Both the position numbers and the translations under genes were made by a program. A stretch of DNA of 64,000 nucleotides. Origin: an uncultured Rhodobacteraceae bacterium (GTDB lineage Bacteria > Pseudomonadota > Alphaproteobacteria > Rhodobacterales > Rhodobacteraceae). This document shows, one piece after another, positions 35,639 through 43,161 of the stretch (its first letter is position 1; each line of letters begins with the position of its first letter). The stretch is from contig CALAXT010000018.1 of assembly GCA_937895435.1 (NCBI GenBank), positions 3,216 to 67,215 on the forward strand, in the 5' to 3' direction. The notes below the pieces were generated by a model. It was not told where the DNA came from. It was given only the letters and a program-made list of their open reading frames with translations, and searched no databases.

Positions 35639-35653
35639 TGGCATTGTTCTTGC
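35639..35653 (+). promoter_or_regulatory. Sigma-54 promoter of fliL
   Basis: The plus strand reads TGGCATTGTTCTTGC (TGGCAT-N5-TTGC) in an AT-rich intergenic region, ~40 nt upstream of GTG 35693. Confidence 0.75.
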
Positions 35654-35692
35654 CATTTTCAATGACTGAACGCCAAATCAAGGACAAACACC

Positions 35693-36217
35693 GTGTCAAA
35701 AACACTCATGCCCTATAAATTTCATCCCCTTCACCTTTTGCCGGGGGTGGGCATGGTCGTTTTGTTCATCGCGGGCCAAATGCTGATGACCGGAAGCATG
35801 GAACAGCAAGACTTAACCGCCCTGCGCCGCCCCCCCGAGGCAGCCCCCCCCCCAGAACCCGAGGTGGTGGAAGATCCAACCCAAAAAGGCGTTAAAGAAT
35901 ACTATACGTTTACAGCGGCATTTTCACAAACGCTGCCCGCATCTGGCAGCGTTGTGACCTTTGATTTGACGCTGGGTGTGCGCGCAACGGTGCTGACGAT
36001 CAATGGCTACATGGATATTTTGGCCCAACAAGAACCACGCTTACGTCCTGCAATTTTGGCCACGCTGAATGATCTGACGTTGGCTGATATCAGCGGTGTT
36101 GAAAACCGCCTGCGGCTGTTGGAACGGATCCGCGATGCGGTAAATAGTGTGCTGGCCGAGGGCCAGATTGACCCTGTGGTGGAACGCGCGATTTTTACCT
36201 CGTTCATCGCAAACTGA
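35693..36217 (+). CDS. fliL: Flagellar basal-body-associated protein FliL
   Basis: 174 aa. One TM (LLPGVGMVVLFIAGQML) followed by the FliL pattern ...YYTFTAAFSQTLPASGSVVTFDLTLGV...RPAILATLNDLTLADISGVENRLRLLERIRDAVNSVL...ERAIFTSFIAN. GTG start; an in-frame ATG lies at 35711. Confidence 0.75.
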   Translation: MSKTLMPYKFHPLHLLPGVGMVVLFIAGQMLMTGSMEQQDLTALRRPPEAAPPPEPEVVEDPTQKGVKEYYTFTAAFSQTLPASGSVVTFDLTLGVRATVLTINGYMDILAQQEPRLRPAILATLNDLTLADISGVENRLRLLERIRDAVNSVLAEGQIDPVVERAIFTSFIAN

Positions 36218-36456
36218 TCCACGCCGAGAGTGCCCCATTATCCACGCTGCTTGCCAAGCGCACCAGAATCATCCACTGGTTGGGTTGGCGCAAGCTGGGC
36301 TTTGATGGCCGTTGGCGCGCGCGTATCACGACCAACACAGGAATCCTGTGGATCATTTGCATTTCGGTCTGGACGCCGCCGCTAAGCTTGCGCAGATTAC
36401 GCGCCTGTGTTGACCTAAGACACACAAGAATGATCAACAACAGTTGGAGGGTTCTG

Positions 36457-38049
36457 ATGACACTAAAAACCAAATTTGCTGCCGGCCTTATGATGGCCGC
36501 GCTCTGCGCCAGCGGGGCCACGGCAAAAACGCTGGTCTATTGCTCAGAGGGTTCGCCCGAGGGCTTTGACCCGGCACTTTACACTGCAGGCACCACGTTT
36601 GATGCCTCATCCCACCCGGTCTATAACCGGCTGGTCGAGTTTGAAACCGGCACCACCAATGTTGTGCCCGGCCTGGCAGAAAGCTGGTCAGCCTCGGCGG
36701 ATGGATTGGAATTTACGTTCAACCTGCGCAAGGGCGTCAAGTTTCATTCAAACAAAATGTTCACACCATCACGCGATTTCAACGCAGATGACGTGATCTT
36801 TAGCTTTGACCGCCAGCGTTTGGCCGACAATCCCTATCATACCGTTTCGGGCGGCACTTGGGAATATTTCAGCGGGATGTCGATGCCCGATTTGATCAAA
36901 GAAATCGTCAAAGTTGACGATTACACGGTCAAATTTGTGCTCAACCGCCCCGAAGCCCCGATGATGGCAAACTTGGCGATGGATTTCGCCTCGATCGTCA
37001 GCGCGGAATATGCGGATGCCATGCTGGCTGCGGGCACGCCTGAGATGCTGAACCAGGCGCCAATTGGCACCGGGCCGTTCAGCTTTGTGGCCTATCAAAA
37101 AGACGCCGTTATCCGCTATGCCGCCAACCCTGATTACTGGAATGGCGCATCCCCACTGGACAATCTGGTGTTTGCCATCACGCCCGATGCATCCGTGCGC
37201 TATCAAAAGCTGAAAGCTGGCGAATGTCATGTGATGCCTTATCCAAACCCCGCCGATATCGCCGCCATGAAGGCCGACAAAGACGTGGTGATGATGGAGC
37301 AAGAAGGCCTGAACGTCGGCTATCTGGCCTATAACACCCAGATGGCGCCGTTCGATAACGCCAAGGTGCGCAAAGCACTGAACATGGCGATCGACAAACA
37401 AGCGATCATTGATGTTGTGTTCCAAGGCTCGGGCCAGGTTGCCAAAAACCCGATCCCACCCACCATCTGGTCGTATAACGACGCCATCGTCGATGATCCC
37501 TATGATCCTGCTGCCGCCAAGGCCATGCTGGAGGCCGAGGGTGTCAAGGATCTTTCGATGAAAATCTGGGCCATGCCAGTGCAGCGCCCCTATAACCCCA
37601 ATGCGCGCCGTATGGCCGAACTGATGCAGGAAGATTTTGCAAAAGTTGGCGTGACCGTCGAAATCGTGTCGTATGAATGGGGCGAATATCTTGATCGTTC
37701 CAAAGCGGCCGACCGTGATGGGGCCGTGCTGTTGGGCTGGACGGGTGACAATGGAGATCCTGACAACTTCCTGGCCGTGTTGCTGGGCTGTGACGGCGTG
37801 ACGCGTTCGAACCGTGCGCAGTGGTGCTACAAGCCGTTTGACGATTTGGTGCAAAAGGCCAAAAGCGAATCTGACGTGGCAGAACGTACCCGGCTTTATC
37901 AAGAAGCGCAGGTTGTGTTCAAAGACCAAGCGCCGTGGGCCACCATCGCGCATTCGGTCGTGTTCATGCCAACCCGCCCCGAGGTCAAAGGCTACAAGGT
38001 GCATCCGCTGGGCGGACACATCTTCTATGGTGTTGATCTGGCTGAATAA
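36457..38049 (+). CDS. dppA: Dipeptide ABC transporter periplasmic binding protein DppA
   Basis: Start at ATG 36457 (GGAGG 6 nt upstream). Signal peptide, then the mature N-terminus KTLVYCSEGSPEGFDPALYTAGTTFDASSHPVYNRLVEFETGTT, nearly identical in pattern to E. coli DppA (KTLVYCSEGSPEGFNPQLF...). Confidence 0.9.
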   Translation: MTLKTKFAAGLMMAALCASGATAKTLVYCSEGSPEGFDPALYTAGTTFDASSHPVYNRLVEFETGTTNVVPGLAESWSASADGLEFTFNLRKGVKFHSNKMFTPSRDFNADDVIFSFDRQRLADNPYHTVSGGTWEYFSGMSMPDLIKEIVKVDDYTVKFVLNRPEAPMMANLAMDFASIVSAEYADAMLAAGTPEMLNQAPIGTGPFSFVAYQKDAVIRYAANPDYWNGASPLDNLVFAITPDASVRYQKLKAGECHVMPYPNPADIAAMKADKDVVMMEQEGLNVGYLAYNTQMAPFDNAKVRKALNMAIDKQAIIDVVFQGSGQVAKNPIPPTIWSYNDAIVDDPYDPAAAKAMLEAEGVKDLSMKIWAMPVQRPYNPNARRMAELMQEDFAKVGVTVEIVSYEWGEYLDRSKAADRDGAVLLGWTGDNGDPDNFLAVLLGCDGVTRSNRAQWCYKPFDDLVQKAKSESDVAERTRLYQEAQVVFKDQAPWATIAHSVVFMPTRPEVKGYKVHPLGGHIFYGVDLAE

Positions 38050-38124
38050 GATTGCACACATCGGCGGGGCCTTCGGGCCCCGCCACCTTTTTATCTGCAC
38101 AATTCTTTTGGAAAGTCCGCCATT

Positions 38125-39219
38125 ATGACCGACCGTTACGCAGATTTCCGTGCCATCGCGCGCGGCCTTGGGGTTGATGCGGTGGCTTTGGTGCCGGGGT
38201 CAAATTTCGAACGGTTGTTTGCCAAAGGCTTTCACAGCCATGAACGCCCTTTGGTGGTGGTTATCCCCGCCGACGGCCCGCCTGCGGCGATCGTCCCCAA
38301 TCTGGAACTGCGCTCTTTTGACCTGATCGGGTTTGAGGGTGAGGTGTTCGATTGGCGCGACCAAACCGGTTATACCGACGCGTTCACCGCCCTTGCCGCC
38401 CATATGCCCCTGCGCAGCTTGGCGGTTGAGGGGCAGGTGATGCGAGTTTTTGTGCATCACGCCCTGTTGGCAGCCAATCCAGGGCTGCGGATTGTGGATG
38501 GCGAAAAACAGATCTCGGGCCTGCGTCTGTGCAAAACGCCCGATGAAATTGCCGCCCTGCGCGCCGCCATCACGGTGGCCGAAGGTGCGCTGGCGGATCT
38601 TTTGCCACAAGTCCGCGCGGGCATGACAGAAATGCAGGTGGAAAGCCTGCTTATTCAGGCGCTTTTTGCCCATGGCGCGCAAGATCTGGCCTTTGGCCCT
38701 ATTGTGGCCGCCGCAGACAATTCCGCCCGCCCCCACGCCCACGCCCGGCCTGATTACATTATCCAGCCCGGCGATGCGCTGTTGCTGGATTTTGGCGCGC
38801 GCAAATCCGGTTTAGTGTCAGATATCACCCGCACGTTTTTTATCGGCCACGCCACAGATGAGGCGCATCAGGTCTACGATACCGTCCTGCGTGCCAATCT
38901 GGCGGGCTTTACCGCCACCAAACCTGGCGCTACGGCGCATGACATTGATGATGCTGTGATCAGCGTGTTAGAGGCGTCGCCCTTTGCAGACCGCATTCGC
39001 ACCAAAACCGGCCACGGCCTTGGCCGTGATGTGCATGAAGCCCCCTATATCATGCGTGGCAACATGCAGGTGATGGAACCCGGCATGGTCTATACCAACG
39101 AGCCGGGATTGTATCAGATCGGCGCCTTTGGCGTGCGGATTGAAGATGATGTGTTGGTCACCGCGTCAGGCTGTGAATCGCTGACGTCTTTTCCCAAAGA
39201 TCTGACGGTGATTGGCTGA
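38125..39219 (+). CDS. M24-family Xaa-Pro dipeptidase / aminopeptidase P-like peptidase
   Basis: 364 aa. Creatinase/prolidase-type N-domain plus a pita-bread domain. All five metal ligands are readable: LLLDFGARKSGLVSDITRTF (D, D), GHGLGRDVHE (H), VYTNEPGLY (E), GVRIEDDVLV (E). Confidence 0.8.
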   Translation: MTDRYADFRAIARGLGVDAVALVPGSNFERLFAKGFHSHERPLVVVIPADGPPAAIVPNLELRSFDLIGFEGEVFDWRDQTGYTDAFTALAAHMPLRSLAVEGQVMRVFVHHALLAANPGLRIVDGEKQISGLRLCKTPDEIAALRAAITVAEGALADLLPQVRAGMTEMQVESLLIQALFAHGAQDLAFGPIVAAADNSARPHAHARPDYIIQPGDALLLDFGARKSGLVSDITRTFFIGHATDEAHQVYDTVLRANLAGFTATKPGATAHDIDDAVISVLEASPFADRIRTKTGHGLGRDVHEAPYIMRGNMQVMEPGMVYTNEPGLYQIGAFGVRIEDDVLVTASGCESLTSFPKDLTVIG

Positions 39220-40226
39220 TGCTGGGATATCTGCTGTCGCGTTTACTGACCTTTGTTCCAACGTTTCTTGGTGTCACGCTGATCTCGTTTTCCTTTATCC
39301 GGGTGCTGCCCGGTGACCCGATCATCGTAATGGCAGGCGAACGCGGTGTCAGTGCCGAGCGCTATGCAGAATTGACCAAGCAAATGGGCTTTGACCGCCC
39401 GCTGATCACCCAATATCTGGACTATCTTTGGGGCGTTTTACAGGGCGATCTTGGGCAATCTTTTGTGACCAAAAGGCCGGTGTGGGATGAATTTTTCGCC
39501 CTTTTCCCTGCCACGCTTGAGCTTTCCATTTGCGCCATGATCTTTGCTGTGGTGCTGGGCCTGCCTGCGGGTGTTATTGCGGCGGTAAACCGGGGCAAGT
39601 TCTTTGACAGGGCGCTGATGTCCAGCGCGCTGATCGGCTATTCCATGCCCATTTTTTGGTGGGCATTGCTGCTGATTATCGTGGTGTCAGGCACATGGGG
39701 GCTGACGCCGGTATCGGGCCGGATCAGCTTGCTTTACTATTTTGATACATCCACTGGCTTTATGCTGATTGATGCGCTGCGCTCTGGGCAGAAGGGCGCG
39801 TTTGGGTCGGCCCTGCACCACCTGGTGCTGCCCACCATTGTTTTGGGCACGATCCCGCTGGCGGTCATTGCCCGCCAAACCCGGTCCGCCATGCTAGAGG
39901 TGCTGAGCGAAGATTACATTCGCACCGCGCGGGCCAAAGGCTTGTCACCCTTTCGCATCAATGGCGTGCATGCGCTGCGCAATGCGCTGATCCCGGTGAT
40001 CACGGTGATTGGCCTGTCGGTTGGCACGCTGCTGGCGGGCGCTATCTTGACCGAAACCATCTTTTCATGGCCCGGCATTGGCAAATGGATGGTCGACAGC
40101 ATCTTTCGCAGGGATTATCCGGTGGTACAGGGTGGGCTGTTGTTGATTGCCGTGATCGTGATGATCGTGAACCTGACCGTTGATGTGCTGTATGGGCTGA
40201 TCAACCCGAAAATCAGGAAACGCTGA
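39219..40226 (+). CDS. dppB: Dipeptide ABC transporter permease DppB
   Basis: 335 aa. N-terminal MLGYLLSRLLTFVPTFLGVTLISFSFIRVLPGDP and the EAA loop ...EDYIRTARAKGLSPFRINGVHALRNALIPV. Confidence 0.9.
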   Translation: MLGYLLSRLLTFVPTFLGVTLISFSFIRVLPGDPIIVMAGERGVSAERYAELTKQMGFDRPLITQYLDYLWGVLQGDLGQSFVTKRPVWDEFFALFPATLELSICAMIFAVVLGLPAGVIAAVNRGKFFDRALMSSALIGYSMPIFWWALLLIIVVSGTWGLTPVSGRISLLYYFDTSTGFMLIDALRSGQKGAFGSALHHLVLPTIVLGTIPLAVIARQTRSAMLEVLSEDYIRTARAKGLSPFRINGVHALRNALIPVITVIGLSVGTLLAGAILTETIFSWPGIGKWMVDSIFRRDYPVVQGGLLLIAVIVMIVNLTVDVLYGLINPKIRKR

Positions 40227-40227
40227 G

Positions 40228-41109
40228 ATGACCACTGCGCCCGCCCAACCCAGCCGCCTGCGCGAATTTTGGTTTTATTTCCGCGAAAACCGGGGCGCCG
40301 TGATCGGGCTTTATATCTTTGCCGTGTTTGTGTTTGTGGCCGCGATGGCAGATATCATCGCGCCCTATGACCCGACTGAGCAATTTCGCGAACATCTGTT
40401 GCAGCCGCCATTCTGGCAGGCCGGGGGCTCGTTTGCATTTCCATTGGGCACGGATGCGGTGGGGCGTGATATGCTGTCACGGCTGCTGCATGGCGCACGC
40501 TATTCGTTTTATGTGGGCATCGTGGTCGTGCTTATCGCGGCGTCGGGTGGGATTGTGCTGGGGCTGATTGCGGGCTTTGCGCCGCGCTGGCTGGATGCGA
40601 TCATCATGCGGGTGATGGATATTATTTTGGCGTTTCCGTCCCTGTTATTGGCGCTGGTGCTGGTGGCGGTGCTGGGGCCATCGCTGACCAATGCGATGAT
40701 TGCCATCGCCATTGTGCTGCAACCCCATTATGTGCGCCTGACGCGCGCCTCAGTGATGGGGGAACGCGCCAAAGATTATGTCACAGCGTCACGCGTAACA
40801 GGGGCGGGGCTGCTGCGGTTGATGTTTGTCACCGTGTTGCCCAACTGTCTGTCGCCGATCATCGTGCAAGCGGCGTTGTCATTTTCGACCGCCATTCTGG
40901 ATGCCGCTGCGCTTGGCTTTTTGGGCATGGGCGCACAGCCCCCCACACCCGAGTGGGGGACCATGCTGGCCGAAGCCCGCGAATTTATATTGCGTGCCTG
41001 GTGGGTGGTGACCCTGCCGGGGCTGGCCATTTTGGTGACGGTGCTGGCAATCAACCTGATGGGCGACGGCCTGCGTGACGCGCTTGACCCGAAATTGCGG
41101 AGAAGCTGA
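40228..41109 (+). CDS. dppC: Dipeptide ABC transporter permease DppC
   Basis: 293 aa. ...PLGTDAVGRDMLSRLLHGARYS... and ...KDYVTASRVTGAGLLRLMFVTVLPNCLSPIIV fit the DppC/OppC pattern. Confidence 0.9.
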   Translation: MTTAPAQPSRLREFWFYFRENRGAVIGLYIFAVFVFVAAMADIIAPYDPTEQFREHLLQPPFWQAGGSFAFPLGTDAVGRDMLSRLLHGARYSFYVGIVVVLIAASGGIVLGLIAGFAPRWLDAIIMRVMDIILAFPSLLLALVLVAVLGPSLTNAMIAIAIVLQPHYVRLTRASVMGERAKDYVTASRVTGAGLLRLMFVTVLPNCLSPIIVQAALSFSTAILDAAALGFLGMGAQPPTPEWGTMLAEAREFILRAWWVVTLPGLAILVTVLAINLMGDGLRDALDPKLRRS

Positions 41110-41112
41110 GCG

Positions 41113-42096
41113 ATGCCGCTGTTGGATATTCAAAACCTAAGTGTGGATTTTGCAACCTCGGCCGGGCAGTTCCGCGCCGTGGATGGCGTTGATGTGCGGG
41201 TAGAGCCAGGTGACGTGCTGGCAATCGTGGGCGAAAGTGGGTCTGGAAAATCTGTGTCAATGCTAGCGCTGATGGGGCTGTTGCCCTGGACGGCCACCGT
41301 GCGCGCAGACCGCATGGCCTTTGACGGTCAGGACCTGCGTGATCTATCCCCCCGCGCCCGCCGTCGGATTATTGGCAAAGATCTGGCAATGATCTTTCAA
41401 GAGCCGATGTCCTCGCTCAATCCCTGCTTTACGGTCGGGTTTCAGATCAAAGAGGCGCTGCGCCTGCATCTGCGGCTAGACCGCGCTGCCCGGCATCGCC
41501 GCGCGATAGAACTGTTTGAAATGGTGGGCATCCCCGCCCCGGAAGAGCGTCTTGGCGTCTTTCCGCACCAGATGTCGGGGGGCATGAACCAGCGCGTGAT
41601 GATCGCGATGGCGCTGGCCTGTTCGCCCAAGCTGCTGATCGCGGATGAGCCGACCACCGCACTGGATGTGACAATTCAGGCCCAGATTCTGGATTTGTTG
41701 ACGGGCTTGCAGCGCGACACCGGCATGGGGCTGATCTTGATCACCCATGACATGGGCGTCGTGGCTGAAACCGGCCAGCGCGTTGCGGTGCAATACGCCG
41801 GCCAAAAGGTAGAGGAACAGCCCGTTGCGGCGCTGTTTGAAACCCCGCGCCATCCCTATACCCAGGCGCTGCTGGCAGCCCTGCCAGAACGCGCCACGGG
41901 GCGACATCTGCCAACCATTCCCGGCGTTGTACCGGGGCAATTTGACCGCCCAAAGGGCTGCCTGTTTGCGCCGCGCTGCGCCTTTGCGGATGATCTGTGC
42001 CACAGCACACCACCAAAGCCGCGGGGGCCAGATCTGGGGCTGGCGCGCTGTCATTACCCGGTTGGCACCCATACATCCGTGGGGGCCCCGGCATGA
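41113..42096 (+). CDS. dppD: Dipeptide ABC transporter ATPase DppD
   Basis: 327 aa. Walker A GESGSGKS, signature MSGGMNQR, Walker [14 protein letters not shown]-terminal oligopeptide-type domain. Confidence 0.9.
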   Translation: MPLLDIQNLSVDFATSAGQFRAVDGVDVRVEPGDVLAIVGESGSGKSVSMLALMGLLPWTATVRADRMAFDGQDLRDLSPRARRRIIGKDLAMIFQEPMSSLNPCFTVGFQIKEALRLHLRLDRAARHRRAIELFEMVGIPAPEERLGVFPHQMSGGMNQRVMIAMALACSPKLLIADEPTTALDVTIQAQILDLLTGLQRDTGMGLILITHDMGVVAETGQRVAVQYAGQKVEEQPVAALFETPRHPYTQALLAALPERATGRHLPTIPGVVPGQFDRPKGCLFAPRCAFADDLCHSTPPKPRGPDLGLARCHYPVGTHTSVGAPA

Positions 42097-43043
42097 GTGA
42101 CCCGATCATCATCGCGCAAAACCTGTCGCGCAGCTATGACGTAAAGCGCGGCCTGCTGTCGGCCCCGCGCAAATTGCACGCGCTGGCCGATGTCAGCTTT
42201 ACCCTTCAGCCGGGAAAAACATTGGCGGTGGTGGGCGAAAGCGGCTGTGGAAAATCCACGCTGGCCCGTGTGATTACAATGATTGAACCGCCCACCGGCG
42301 GCAGTTTCAGCGTGCAGGGCACGGCGGGCACCGCAGAAAATTGGGCATCATTGCGCGCCTCGGTCCAGATTGTGTTTCAAGACCCTTACGGCTCGCTCAA
42401 CCCACGCCAGCGGGTGGGGGCGATCTTGGAAGAGCCGCTGAAAATCAACCGCCCCGAAATGAGCGCGGCCGAGCGCACTGCGCAGGCGCGCGACATGCTG
42501 GGGCTGGTGGGTCTGCGCCCCGAACATTTTGACCGCTACCCCCATATGTTTTCGGGTGGCCAGCGCCAGCGCATCGCCGTTGCCCGCGCGCTGATGCTTG
42601 ACCCAAAGGTTCTGGTGCTGGATGAGCCGGTTTCAGCACTGGATCTGTCGATCCAAAGTCAGATCCTGAACCTGTTGGTTGATCTGCAAGACCGGCTGGG
42701 TTTGGCCTATCTGTTCATCAGCCATGATCTGTCGGTGGTGCGCCACATGGCCGATGATGTGATTGTGATGTATCTGGGCCGCGCTGTGGAAATGGGCCCA
42801 AAAGCGCAGATTTTTGCCACGCCGCACCACCCCTACACCAAAGCACTTTTATCCGCGACGCCAGTGGCCGACCCGACCGCCCATAAAACCCGGATTAAAT
42901 TGCAGGGCGAATTGCCCTCGCCCATGAACGTGCCAGCTGGCTGCGCCTTTGCCCCACGCTGCTGGAAAGCCCAATCCCGCTGCCAATCTGAGCGCCCGCC
43001 CTTGGGCCCAGCCGGCCAAGCTGCGTGCTTTTTCCCCGAATAG
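42093..43043 (+). CDS. dppF: Dipeptide ABC transporter ATPase DppF
   Basis: Start at ATG 42093, overlapping the dppD stop (ATGA). Walker A GESGCGKST, signature FSGGQRQR, Walker B VLVLDEPVSALD. Confidence 0.9.
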   Translation: MSDPIIIAQNLSRSYDVKRGLLSAPRKLHALADVSFTLQPGKTLAVVGESGCGKSTLARVITMIEPPTGGSFSVQGTAGTAENWASLRASVQIVFQDPYGSLNPRQRVGAILEEPLKINRPEMSAAERTAQARDMLGLVGLRPEHFDRYPHMFSGGQRQRIAVARALMLDPKVLVLDEPVSALDLSIQSQILNLLVDLQDRLGLAYLFISHDLSVVRHMADDVIVMYLGRAVEMGPKAQIFATPHHPYTKALLSATPVADPTAHKTRIKLQGELPSPMNVPAGCAFAPRCWKAQSRCQSERPPLGPAGQAACFFPE

Positions 43044-43161
43044 CAGGCTCATTTTAAAGGGGCCCGATATTTGGTGAATTCGGGCCTTGAAATATGCGCG
43101 CCCGGCGATACCCTTGGGCATGTCGGCAATCTATAGTCTTATAATCTAACTGGATATCGCA

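Noticed and set aside
36769-38100. A 443-aa ORF on the minus strand, fully antisense to dppA
   Set aside because: dppA on the plus strand has an unmistakable DppA sequence. The antisense frame is His/Arg/Gly-rich with no motifs, which is typical of a shadow ORF in GC-biased coding DNA.
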